From positions 14,240,387-14,304,386 of the forward strand of contig CP154954.1 in the NCBI GenBank assembly GCA_039621445.1: 64,000 nt of DNA. Reading direction: 5' to 3'. The translations under genes and the position numbers were made by a program. The DNA comes from Euglena gracilis. Its lineage: Eukaryota. Below are positions 13,744 to 26,879 of the stretch, one piece after another. Numbering within the stretch: position 1 is the stretch's first letter; the number at the start of each line of letters is the position of its first letter. The notes under the pieces are model-generated. The model did no database searches. It was not told where the DNA came from and saw only the letters and a program-made list of their open reading frames with translations.

Positions 13744-16005
13744 ATTATATATGAATCATATGTTACTGAATCAGAAGCCAGGCTCCTTGTCTTGTGGCTG
13801 AGGTTGTAGGTCAGCTATCACGAGGGGGGAGGTTCTACTACCTGGGTGGGTTCGCAAAAGGGCTCCAAAGAACTGGTCCGCAGCGTGGTGTGCTGCTGCT
13901 CCATTTCACCGGTCTTCATTCTTGGAACATATATCAAATAAACACCGTGGTACATGGAGTTATCTGGACTTCCGTTCTTCTCCACTCTCCTCTGGACTGA
14001 ACATCTCTGGTATTATAATTTCAGGGGGGACCTTTGTCCAATTATCAACTTTCAACATTCACAAATATCGCCACGTCGACTGTTCCTGTGTTCCATGAAT
14101 GTACTTTTGTGTGCGAGGTATGCATATAAAAACGGTGAAAAGAGGCGCTGGTTCGTTTGGGTTTATTTCAAATTAAAAACAGCGACAATCCGGGAAATTA
14201 TTGCTTCAGGATGGCCTTTGTTTGGAAACGTGAGGTGAACATTACTGTGTGGCCCCCCTCGTTCTGCAGCGTCTGGGCTGCTTGTGACAAAGGCTGACTG
14301 GCAACAACAGGGCAGGGCAAACGTTCCTCCCTCCATGTCACCCAGCGGACTTCGCAATTACTCAGTTGCATCAGTATTCCACAGCGATGGACTGAATGGA
14401 AAAAAAAATGACCTGCTGCAGCAGCAACGGCACAAATAAAGGTTCTGTTGACAGGCAACAGACAAGGATGAAAAATGGACGAAATCATATTTTGTTCCTA
14501 ACTCGGAACCGAATAACAAGCAAACTATATATTGGGAGAATTGGGAGCTGTGAGTTGCAAAATGACATGCCCTAGGAATATTTGGTTGATTCGTGTCAGA
14601 GGATGACAAAAATGGAATTACAAAATGTAATGCAATGTACATAACAACCAATATCTGCCTCTCCGGAATCGCTAATATCTGCTCTCTCTCTTGCATATAA
14701 ATCAGGGTTTTTCTTGAAAGACCAGGGGGGGGGGGTCCCGGTTCCCCCAGCCAGGGATACCAGCACAGGGGTCCGCCCCCACCACTCTGGGGAGAGACAG
14801 GTCTGGGGACCCACTTTTGGGAGGTAATTTGGAGGGTAAAAAAAAAGTCGGTGCCTCGTGCCAAAAATAGCCAAAACCCCGCCTCCAGCAGGGGACCCCA
14901 AGAGTCTTGTGGGTGCCCCCTAAGGGGTGGGGGGGAAGGGCGCACAGGAAGACTGGTGGGGATGGTCGGCCAAAAAGGGGGTCGACCCTCCACCCATCCA
15001 AGCCTGCAAAGCAAATTCCGATCTAAAAACCGGCAACCCCACTGCCAGCCCCAGTAATATGGCCTGGCTGGGGGGTGGGGTCAACCACTCCACACACCAC
15101 CCATCACACATCACACATTGGGTTTTGAAGGTTCCCGAAATCCCTGGGTAGACACTCCAACCCTGCCCCTTCCTCTCATTCTTTGTGTTTCGCATTATTT
15201 GGGTGCCTACCTGTCTGTCTATCTCAGAAACATACTTGCAACACACTTGCTATGCTGGAGCAACCAGTTCCAATGGAACAACCCCAGATTCATCCGTATC
15301 ATTTCAGAGAGATTTTTGATGTGTGTATGTGAGTTGCCCCTCCTAAATATACTTCCAAAAAGAGTCGTGGTTTCTTCACATCTCACTGAGGTTGTCCATT
15401 TTTCTGGTGTTCAAGTTCAATAAAAAAATATATAAAGAATCAGAATCAGAAATCAAAAAGAGAATGGGGTGAGTTGAGAAAGGGTGATGGAAAATGAAAA
15501 CATCTGGAAAAGAGAAGCAGCACATATGAACTTGTAGCAGGAGGTGTAAATTAAAAAGAATGCGGCAAACATGGCCCGCACAGTGGCTATATGGCTGTGA
15601 TGTGGGAGTGAGAACATGGGAATGGCCGACACTGGAATGGCCATTAAAGGCCAAAGACTAAAGGCCAAAGCCACATTGGACACAACAGCCCTTTCCAGCA
15701 GTGGGTGGGTGGCTGGGTGCCAAACTGACTTGAAATGCCACGACGACATATTTTTTGCTGACTTGGGTGGTTGGGTGGTGTAACTCGCACATAGACTTCT
15801 TTTGGTTGGTGTGGGTAAACACACACACACACACACACAAACTTCTGGAATTTGATTTCTTCGACTGCACCCAAGACAGATCCAAGCGAATTCTCTTCTT
15901 TGGGGGCTGTCAATCCTGCTATGACCGATTTCTTGTTTATTTTTCAAGCTTTTTTTATTTTATTTCTGGATGGCACAAAATTGCTGGCATGCACGGCAGG
16001 CTTGG

Positions 16006-16006
<1 letters not shown>

Positions 16007-16061
<55 letters not shown>

Positions 16062-16068
16062 CACACAC
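16007..16068. repeat. (CA)n microsatellite (copy 58594-58641)
   Basis: Direct reading of the sequence. Confidence 0.95.
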
Positions 16069-17507
16069 CCAACACCCGTCTTATCTCCTACCTCCAATCG
16101 TTTTCATGTTGGTTTACATAAACCGTCAAAATGCTTAAAAAAAATAGAGGGACGTTTGCAACTGTTCTTCGTCGCACATTGGACATTGTTCCCATTCACA
16201 AACCTAAAACAATTTGACCAGCTGAAAACAAAAAAAGGCAGCTTTTAACTTTTTATGAGGCAAAAAAAGATCTTTTCCAACAACTTCAGGTGAAGAGATG
16301 GATTGCGGTACACTGAACACGTGCATATTTGCATACGCCAACCATTTGTGGATTTGTGCAAAATGGTCAGTTTGTGCATTTGCACACACCGACTACCTGA
16401 ATATTTTTGCCAAATGGTCGATGTTTGCATTTGCACACATCGACCACTTGTGTACTTTTTACTTGCAAAAACACACAAATGGTCGATGTGCCCAAATTTT
16501 AACATACAATATTTCGGAGGTGTGTTTTTCATATCACAATCATAATATACTCTAGCTGCACATCACATCGTCCAAATCATATGAAACCATCGTCATGAAA
16601 CCTGTGTGCAGCACCTGACAACCTGCAATTACAACATCCGCACAGCCGGCGTGTACAATCCACCTGTTTCACAGACAAAGACACGAATCTGCCGCTCCAC
16701 CCATATTGCGCAGATGCCTCCGTGATGTAAAACGGAGATACTGCAAAAATTAGTGTCCCCACGAGCAAATTGCCCCCACATCCCACCCCCCACACCACCC
16801 GCATACCCGCCCACCCTCCCCCCCCATCGCTCCCTCACCCCCCACTGACGCGCGCATGGGTGCCATTTGTTTTGAAAATGACAAAAATAAGTGAATTTTT
16901 GGCTGATGGGGGGGGGCTGCGCCTCCCCCCCCCCCCCCCCGCCCGGACCCCCTCAGCCCCTTTCCCCCCTGCCCCCCACTAATCCTCCCCCTTTTCAAAA
17001 ACTTCACATTCTTCGATGTTTTCCACCCTGAAAAATGGTTCTAAAATATGAACTTTTTTTGGCTTTACCCGGGGGAGGGGCCGCCCACCCCTGGACCTCC
17101 CCTTCCCCCGCCCCCCTCAAATAAAACTCAAAATGCCACTTTCAGACCTTTTGTGCAAAGAATTTTTTCCCGCTTTTTTTACCCAAAAAGTTCCCCGATA
17201 TAGAAAGCACATTTCACAGCGAAAAATGCACACAGAAACAAGGAAATTATTTTTGGATTCACCCCCCACCCCACCCCCGACCCCCACCTCTGAGTGGGGG
17301 CACAAATTTTGGCAATATACGTTATCAGTATCGAGAGGCGTGAAACAAGCAGATATTTGTTTCCCTAGATGCAGTGGTTGATTTTTGAAAAACGTTGTGA
17401 GAATTCGCACACACCGGAAAATTCCTTAAATGCAAGTTACGTCACCTGAGAAAGGCCCTGGGATTGTTACTTCGACTCTTTCCACGACGAGTCGGTCATC
17501 TTTTTTA

Positions 17508-17916
17508 CCCCCCCCCTATGTCCAATGACTGGTAACCTCTGTCCTCTGACCGGGGGGGTGGTCCTTGGACATAGGGTAGTGACCAAAAAGGTGTCCTCTG
17601 ACCGGGGGGGTGGTCGTTGGACATGGGGTCAAAAGAAAGTTGGTGGGTACCCGGGTCCCTACCCACCCAAAAATGCCCAAATTTTCCCTTCCGGCGCTTC
17701 GCGCCGAAAATTTTGGGCAATTTTGACAAATTTTTGTCCAAAAAGTGTCAAAAATGGCACTTTGGCCAAATTTTTAGCCAATTTTTGGGCAAAATTTTTC
17801 GTCCCGGCGCATTGCGCCGGGACCAAAAATTTGGTCAAACCTCCGAAAAGGTGTCCTCTGACCGGGGGGGGTGGTCATTGGACATAGGGGGGTCGTTGGA
17901 CATAGGGGGGGGGGGG
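17508..17916. mobile_element. 409-bp MITE with TA target duplication (Tc1/mariner-type target)
   Basis: TIRs CnTATGTCCAA ... TTGGACATAGn, flanked by TA. The empty site TTTTTTAAAAAAA is present in the duplicate at ~60880. Confidence 0.9.
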
Positions 17917-18956
17917 TAAAAAAAAGAAACCAGTCAATAATCCCCCCGGGCCCGGGGGGTCGGTCACTCTGGACCTAAATACTCTAAATACAAATTGATC
18001 ACAATTAAAAAACACCAAATTTTTCCCGGGTCATTTCAATGTGTGTTTTTTTTTGCTGACCCCCCAAAGGGTTTGGGCCAAAAACGAATTACTCATCCAT
18101 GGGGGGGCTTGTGGACACAGGGCACATTCCCACTGAATTTTCCTGGTGCTTTTTTGGGGGGGTTACACAAGTTGCACAATGAGGTAGAAATGTTGCTCCA
18201 AAGCTGTTAATGTAAGGTGTTCAACCTCAAATTTGGGGGGAAATAGTCCATGGTCCAAACCTTTTTTGATTATGTCTCAATCAATTAGCTCAGGCAATAT
18301 CTTTGGTGACAAAACTTTCTGATAACAAAGAGTTTTTACTTCGCGTTCCATTCTCAGACTGGGAGGAAGATGCTGGGAGGTGTCAGCATATGGCACGGGG
18401 TCCATTGGCGCAGTCCCTGGATTCAATGTGATAAAAATTTTGCAAAATAATTTTCCAAGCGAACCTGAAAAAACACATTGAACACAATGACTTCAAATTC
18501 ATTTTTGAGAAAAAATAAAACAAAACTGCAAAAAGTCGCTAACCGCTTGCAGAGGAATGGTGCACACAAAAAACTTAAGAAATGAAAAAAAGTGATTTTT
18601 TCCTGTGTGTTGGGCTGGTGGGTGGGTGGGTGGCAATAAAACCGCTTTACAAACATGGTTCACATTCTTTTGTCTGGTTTGCCAAGGCTCCTCTGAAAAA
18701 GAAAACGAAGGATTATCTTCGCATTAAACCAGGGACCTTTGAAAGAATAGGGGTCGTGAACGAAGGAATGGCTTGCAATTGGTTGAGGCGTGGCATGTGC
18801 ACCAAGGGCACGGGTAGAAGGCGGAGACTGGCTATCACTGGCAAGCCGCTTCACTGTCCGTCCTGCTGAGTGGAATGGCGCCGAACTTGCAAACGGACCA
18901 ACTACAACTGCTCAAACAAAGCGAATGAACGAGCAATGCCACGGGAGTAGTGTATG

Positions 18957-19330
18957 CAAGGATTTTCTTAAGCCGGATGGGCCCTGCCCTTGGGGGGGTC
19001 CAGCCAGCCATCCAGCAGCCAGCCCTCCCAGGTGGGCTGTGGACCCCACAAGAGGTCCACCGACCACCCGGTGAAGCCAGGCGTACCAACATTTTTGAAA
19101 AAAAGGGTGAAAAATAGCCCACAAAATCCCAAAATGGCATTTTTTTGCGGGTTTGGGGTTTTCAGCTGCAAATTTTAGTGAAAAAAAATGCCAACCCAGT
19201 TGTATTTGGGCTGCTTTTGGGGTACCAGTTGCTGGGGCTGGACCCCATTGAATTTCCCCCTCCAGGGGGACAAACCAGCACCTCATTTAGTTGTCCAGAG
19301 GACCCCAGGGGAAGGTCCGTAAATCCTTTA
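18957..19330. mobile_element. Diverged copy of the hAT-type MITE of 24158-24659, inverted (copy ~61923-62297)
   Basis: CAAGGATTTTCTTAAGCCGG...GGGGGGGTCCAGCCAGCC matches the reverse complement of ~24600-24659. The right boundary is approximate. Confidence 0.55.
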
Positions 19331-20449
19331 GCTATGACTGACAACCGCAGGCGAAATACATGCCCCAAAGGCTAAATTTGTCTTGCGAACCTTGCAGCAA
19401 AATGGACAGTGTCCTTCCCACCGCCGGTAACAACAGCCACCCCCCCTTCATATGACCAATGTGTTTTGCAGTCAACGACCAGGGGTTGGTTGAACGACAT
19501 GGGGGAGACCGGGGGGGGGGGATGAGGCGCAAGTGTTGAATATACCTCTGTCAACGGAAAACACGATAGAATCGAAACTATGAAAAAAACAAAAACACCC
19601 ATCTCAGTGTGGTGTTTCCACCGATCGTTGAAAGTATAAAGATATTGAACAACATGACACAAAGAGCAAACAATGGTTGTGGGGCAGCAAGGAAAAAAAA
19701 ACCTTTAATTTAGGGCTGCCTAAGAATACCTTTGAATTTCCAATGAAAATATATGAATATTTATGCGAGCACGCACACACATAGAGAGAGAGAGAGGGAA
19801 TTTTTCGAATAAGAGACACAATCGTTGTGGGGTAAATCATTTAGTGAGGGTATATGTATTCTGCGTGTATTCTGCGTCCAAAACGAGCTCACGGGAATTG
19901 AAGAGAGGGAGGGAGAGAGGGAGAGGGTCATGGGGTGAAGCCTCTTACCTCCCTGGTGAGTTCAAAGCTCCCCATAAATTGCCTTGCAAGTGACCCTTTG
20001 CAACATCTTGGGTGAAGGTGGTCGGGCTGATGGGTGAACCAAGACCCCAGCAGCGGCGACGGCGGCCATGGACAAAAACATGCAAAAGGCATGACCACCT
20101 TCATGGCAAAAGAGAGAGTGTGCAGCCACCAACGCCCACTTCCGGGGCTGGACACTGGGGCAGTGGCCGCCTTGCTCAGGGGAACGCAGGGACTGGCATG
20201 GGCGCGCACAGTTTCCCATGCCAGTCCAATGCCTGATCAAAGCAGTAATCAGCACCATCAGGCCCAGAGGGCACGGCTGCAGTTGGGGGCAGCGAGTCTG
20301 CATAAAAATGGCACGATGGACAGCACCTGGCCAGAGAGGCACTATCTGGCACACTGCGCTGTGCTGGCCATCGGCACCCCAGCCCCACCCGCAACAAGCA
20401 CCGCCGCGGCAAGAGCAGCATCATCGAAAGGCAGCAGCCGACATCACTG

Positions 20450-20778
20450 AAGACTGAAAGATGTATATCCAATGCCATACAAAAGGGGAGCGGGTGGTGC
20501 ACACCACCATCCACAACCACGAGGAGGAGTACCCCGACCACATCGTCCGCTGCCCCCTGGCAACCGACACCGAGCAGCTCCCACCGAGCAGCTGGGCGGG
20601 GTCATCATGGGCCGCCTGGAGTTCGCCCGGATGGCCTGCAGCCACATGGGGTATTTTAAGCAGTCTGTGCCACGGACTGCCTAAAATACCCCATGTGGCT
20701 GCAGGCCTGTCCGTGGCCAACGTCCTCCATAATGCGATCTGGCGGCGGGGGTATTCACGCCGCCTTGTACAGTCCGTG
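20450..20778 (+). pseudogene. Penelope-like element RT thumb remnant, copy 1 (truncated, disrupted by a fold-back)
   Basis: HTTIHNHEEEYPDHIVRCP / PTEQLGGVIMGRLEFARMACSHMGYFKQS...NAIWRRGYSRRLVQSV. Confidence 0.7.
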
Positions 20779-20779
20779 T

Positions 20780-21760
20780 GAGGTGAGGTGTGCCCAACCT
20801 GTAAGCAGCAATGGCTTGACCCGGGGGTGATGCTGCTAAGAATCCCGACCTCGGAGAGCCCGGGCGAATCTCCATGCAACATCCAAAAAGAGGGGGACGT
20901 CCCAAGCATCAGAAGCAAAACGCTGGCCCACACCATTTGGGCCAGCGTGGCGGAATTTACACTGTGCATTGAACTGGGGGTGACACCGCCAAGGATCCCA
21001 CCCTCGGCCCAGGCGGTCCTGAGAACAGCACGGGGGACGTCTCAAGCCATAGACCGAACCACACCGTGGCGGGGTTTATGCGATCTGATCTGTGAATCTG
21101 CGCATCAAATACGAGGGGTGGAAAGCGGGGTTGATGGACCATGAAAAAACCGGACGAGGAAGGGCCATCTGCGAGTCATGGGACCCAGACCTGCACAACA
21201 AAATCTGGGCCTCATGCGGCCCCCAGCAACGAAGCATCATCCAAGAATGGCAAGCCGCCGCAGGCCATAATGCTGAGCGCACCACGGATCTCGAGCGCCA
21301 CACACATGACTGGCACGAAATTTCCAGAATTGGGGAGGCTGACAACCCTGGTTCCAGGCACCACCACCATGCCCCCCCCCCAAGGGCCTCAACCACTCAC
21401 GCCACGCTCCCAGAACAAGACCGAACCATGTTCAGGCGGACGGCAGCCTGTGCCCCACCAACCCTGTCCGCAGAGCAGCAAGCGAAGTGGGACATACCAT
21501 GGCCCCAAGCCCCTTGGCAACTGGAGCACACGGGCCGTTCCGCGGGTGTGGGGCACACTCGAGGGCCATGTGACTGCGGAGTTGCTCTCCAGGGTGCCCA
21601 AGGGGACGTGACTCACCTGTGGGTGGGCCGGGGTCGCCATCCCTTGCGGTCCATGACTAGCCCACCCACAGAGCATGCCCAGAACCAAGGCAGTCACCCA
21701 CCACTAGCCGGGCTTCGGTGGATTGAGAAGGATGGACCTGTCCGCTGTGTGCGGGACGGG
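20780..21760 (+). pseudogene. Decayed retroelement-like ORF with an RIGEADNPGS motif
   Basis: Coding-like overlapping ORFs 20788-21144 and 21092-21988. The motif at 21326-21355 resembles the R[VI]GEAxNPGP motif of protist LINE polyproteins. Confidence 0.45.
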
Positions 21761-22051
21761 GTGGGCATCCCCTTTACCTTTTTGAAAAATTCAGAAGGTG
21801 GAAATCCGCCTTTTGGAAACACGCGGAAAAAACATTTCTGCCTTCCCAATACGGGAATGCCGATCCTTGGTTTTCAGAGAGCCAGCCAGCCCCGGCTGCG
21901 GGGGGGGGGGGGTCTGTTAATACAAAGCAAGGGCAACCTCAGCCCAGTCCGGCGAAGGCAAAAATTGTTGGAGCGAACTGCCACATGAGCCAGGCGCTTG
22001 GCCCGCCTGCTCATTGCATAGAAACTTGGCCTCCCAGCTTGTGACTCGCCC

Positions 22052-22400
22052 CAAACTTTCATTTAGTGTGCCGTGGCGAAGTATGTCGTGGCACAAAATT
22101 TTTTTTCTGAGGCACACGCGGCAAACAATTGAATTTTTGCCGCGGCACACCTGCGACACACCTGAAAAGCTGCCGCGGCACACCAACAACACACCCACGG
22201 CGCACCAATAACGTTCCCGCGGCACATGCGTTCTTTTGTTATGGCACGGACAGGGGATAATTGGGATGGCTACGCCGTCGGTAACATGCGGCGCACAGAA
22301 TGAAACCTTCCGCGGCACACGCGGTCACAAAATTTCTAATGCTGCGGCGCACGCGGAGCAGAAAAAAAGAATTTTACGCGGCGCACTAAATGAAAATTTG
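22052..22400. mobile_element. hAT-type MITE with GCGGCAC repeats
   Basis: TIRs CAAACTTTCATTTAGTGTGCCG ... CGGCGCACTAAATGAAAATTTG; flanks CTCGCCC / CTTGCCC. Confidence 0.75.
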
Positions 22401-22551
22401 CTTGCCCCCCCTCTTCAGGATTTTAGGATTTTAGCCTGTTTTGTGCATGGCCTGCCGCAACTATTAACACGCAAACTTGGCAGTTGGTCTCCAGACTCAA
22501 TTGGCAGCCCGGGCAAGACCTGCCTGGCGCCAAAATGAGCCCAAATCCAGA

Positions 22552-22935
<384 letters not shown>

Positions 22936-23288
22936 GAAGAGATACAAGAGAGAGATATGTGGGTAACCGCGGCCACCCCACAACGGGTGGAACAGGTCCC
23001 GGGGCTTCGTCCCACGGGCACCCAGACAGCCAGAGCCTGTGAGCCTTCCTGGGACGAGCTCAAGGGACCTTCCCTGTGCTTAACCTCACTTTTTGCGGAA
23101 AAAAGAGAGGGGGGGAGAGAGAGACACTCCCAGGGGACACTGCACCATTCACCACGTGATTGTCGCAGAAGCAAACTTGGTTGTCGCACGATTCAGTGGG
23201 GCAGCCCTCGTCGGAGGGTTCTGCTGTGAAATGGGGGGGCTCCTCAAGAAGCGGGGCTATCTGTGGCGTGGCATGCAGTTCGGCAATC

Positions 23289-23382
23289 GCATCTGTTTGG
23301 CACACACAATTGTTTGGCACACACATTTGGCACACACACGCATCTGTTTGGCACACACACGCATCTGTTTGGCACACACACT
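23289..23382. repeat. Minisatellite of GCATCTGTTTGGCACACACAC-like units (4-5 copies)
   Basis: Direct reading of the sequence. Confidence 0.85.
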
Positions 23383-23885
23383 GTCGTAACAAGGCCTAAG
23401 ACCTGATTGAGAGATTTTCAAAAAAAGAACTGGTCCTTGTCTAACATTTTCTCTCCAACTATTGGCGTATGCTATCACAAACAATATTGTAAATACCCAA
23501 TTGTTGTATCACGCATGTCATTTTAGAAAATTTATATTCAAACACATTACGGTATACTCTTGGAAGAGCAAGGGAAAAACGTCATTTTGTGTGTCCTTTC
23601 AATTTCTCAAAACATCCCACCCCCCCATCCCCCCCCCCCCCCTCTTCTTTTGCTGGACAACAACTCTGGCAATTGTGTGTTTTTCATGATAAGGCGGAGT
23701 CGGTGGCAATCGATGGAGCGGCACGACCAGGGGTTTTTTAAAAAACGGGGGGTGAGGAAATCCCCCCACCCACCTACCCCCCCCCCTGGGGGTCCCGGAG
23801 GGACCCACAAAATTGGCCAAAAAATTGCGAAAAATGCCAAAAATAGAACTTCTTCAAAAATTTTCGGCGCAAAGGTGCCGAAAAG

Positions 23886-24721
23886 TAAACCCTCCCCAAA
23901 TAATAAACCCCACCCCTGAGGACCGACTTTGGCCGCCCAAATAATAAACCCCCTCCGCAGGTGTGAAAGCAAAGGGAAAGAATGAGTAAAAATAGCAGAA
24001 ATGTTGCAAAAATCAACAAAATGGATAAAAGTGGTGTATAAATAATGCCAAAAAAGTACTCTTTTTCAAAAAAGCGCCAGAAAGCCAAAAAAAAGTGAAA
24101 AGTTTGGGTCCACTTTTGACTTCGAAAATTTTGCCCAAATAATAAACCCCCCTGGACCAGGGAATTTCTTAAGGACCCCCCGGGGGGGGGGTCCAGCCTC
24201 CGGCTGGCAAAAAGGCTGCTGGCTGGATTTGAGCTGCTGGCTGGACCCCCCCCCCCGGGGGGGTGGGGGTGAGGGGGGGGTCCGGGGCTGGAGGGGGCTG
24301 GGCTGGGCTGGGTCGACGAAAAACAAAATTTTCTAACACATTTTGCCATTTTCGACATTTTGATGGGTGGAGCTAAGTCAAGGCTGGGGGCCGTGATGGA
24401 GGAAGCTGCGATGAGGGGAAAAAATGAAGGGATAGGCGAGCTGGGTAGCACAATTGGCCAGCCGGCCTTCGGCCGGCGGGGCCGGCCTGCAGCCGGCTGG
24501 CCTGGCCTCCGGCCGGGCTGGACCCGACTTTATTTCACTTGACCCCCGGGGGGGGGGGGGCTCCCAGTCCGAATTTGGGCTGCTGGCTGGATTTTAGCTG
24601 CTGGCTGGCTGGACCCCCCCCCGGGGGGTAGGGTACCCTCCGGCTTAAGAAATTCCCTGCCCTGGACCCCAACTTTGAGTGTCCAAATAATAAACGGGGG
24701 GTTATTGATTGGGGGAGTTTA
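23886..24721. mobile_element. Middle MITE with CCAAATAATAAAC repeats
   Basis: Imperfect TIRs TAAACCCTCCCCAAATAATAA ... TTATTGATTGGGGGAGTTTA. The motif recurs four times and continues across the inner insert. Confidence 0.6.
24158..24659. mobile_element. 502-bp hAT-type MITE, inner element of the nest
   Basis: Perfect 16-bp TIR CAGGGAATTTCTTAAG; perfect 8-bp TSD CCCTGGAC (24150-24157 and 24660-24667). Confidence 0.93.
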
Positions 24722-25009
24722 TGTCCCACCCCCCTCCGGGAGGACCCCCTGGGGGGGGGGCGGCTCGGCCTGGCCCCCCCCACCCACCACCCCCAGGGCT
24801 CCACGACTAAAAAAAAAACCTGGGCACGACCACCGCAGTGGCACGGGTGGCGCGGTCACGGCCGGGGTGAGCGTAGGGCCGAATGGACCGCTGGCGGGGC
24901 TCGAGGGAGTGGGATGTGCAAGGCGAGGCCAGGGTTACACCAGAATAACGGCCTCTTTGTCCCGACTTCGGACGCCCAAACGATTTACGCTTGTCCACAT
25001 ACAGGTGTT

Positions 25010-25405
<396 letters not shown>

Positions 25406-25710
25406 GCGAAACAGAGAGGGGGAGAGAGGGAGATCCTCATAAAAATTCTGCTACATTACAGGAGAACCCTGCACTGCAGTGGAAAATATCAGGCAGGGAA
25501 TGGAGCCCGGGGCTGACGGACATGAAAAGAGATGTCGGTGGGGATGACGTTCTGTCCTTGAAGAGCCCTTGACTTTTTAGAACAGTAAAATGACCTTTGA
25601 CTCATGGGAATTCATGGAACGTTTTGCACTTTGTTGCAATCCATTTCTGCGTGGCGAAATGCTGCAAAAAAGATAAAGAAAAAACAAAAAAACAACGAGG
25701 CACAGTATCA

Positions 25711-25925
25711 CCCCCCCCCCCTAGTCGTACGACCGGGATCCTGCAACCTGTGACCAGGGGGGGGGGTCGTAACACCCCCGTAACCTGCAACCTGTGACCG
25801 GGGGGTGGTCGGAAATGAGGGGGCGGCCGTAGGTAAAATGGTGTTAAAATTTTCTAAATCTGCAACCTGTGACCGGGGCGTGGTTGTAAATGTGGGGTGG
25901 TCGTACGACAAGAGGGGGGGGGGGG
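25711..25925. mobile_element. Short MITE with polyC/polyG TIRs
   Basis: Ends CnTAGTCGTACGACC ... GGTCGTACGACAAGAGn, with three internal TGCAACCTGTGACC repeats. Confidence 0.65.
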
Positions 25926-26879
25926 TAGAAACCACCCAAAAAAACGGGGGAGGTGCTCAACGGTTTTTTCGTCGCAAAAGGGGGGTGTATCAAAAAGTTG
26001 CAAAAATGCTCAATCACACATACCGGGATCAAACAAACTGGGGAAAACAAAAACAGGAGAGAGTTGGTACCTTTGAAACTAAGGGCCCTGTATGGCATGA
26101 AAGATCCAAAAAATGAGGGGAAATTAGGTCACAGACGGATTGGACTTCTTATCAGGAAAAGAAGAATTATGTAGTCATAAATTTGCTTTAAAAGTTGTTT
26201 TGGCTTGGAGGCTTGGAGTTCCAATGGTAGTTAATGCACCTTAGCAATCTGCAAAAGCCCTGCCGACTTGGATGGCCAAATGGCAGTGATGGGATTGTAA
26301 GAGTTTCAGCAGCCCCAGGCAACTGTGGACATGTGGTCCCTTGCACGGCTCCTAATAGCTGGTTTCAAATTTGGTGCTGTAGCCATGGCCACATAATTGG
26401 CCGGAGGTTGAGGAGGGTATTTCAAAACAAAACAACCATGATTTAAAAACACACAATGATGTTTGTGACATTCACATCCCTTTTTTTTGGCCATCAGAGC
26501 TCTGAGAATTTTTGTCACATTTATATGCCATAATTTTTACACACAATACTTGAATATTCGATAATTCAATTGCTTTGCATTTTTGATGTCTTCAGCCACA
26601 TCGTACACCTGTACCCCATCCCAGGGAAATTCTAAAGCTGGACCCACCCCCCGGGATCCAGCGAGCCACCACCGTTTTTTAGACTTCTAATGCATATATA
26701 GCATACCCATGCTCTCCATTGGAATGTCTGCACGTGCAGAAGCATTTGTCGGCGGTTTCGTCTGGCGTATCCGATTTCCATAACTTCGAGGGGATTGTGG
26801 CAGATGTGTCCGAGGAGCTTTCGTTGTTGTTGGGCCTCCGCCCATTCTCGTTGGTGGGGCTGCACCCTTTGTGTGTTTG

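Larger units (their letters stand above)
9485..20778. repeat. Segmental duplication, copy 1 (copy 2 = 49915-63725)
   Basis: Colinear throughout, with scattered substitutions and copy-specific indels. Confidence 0.95.
23728..24822. mobile_element. hAT-type MITE, outer element of a nest
   Basis: Ends CAGGGGTTTTTT ... AAAAAAACCTG; perfect 8-bp TSD GGCACGAC (23720-23727 and 24823-24830). Confidence 0.85.
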
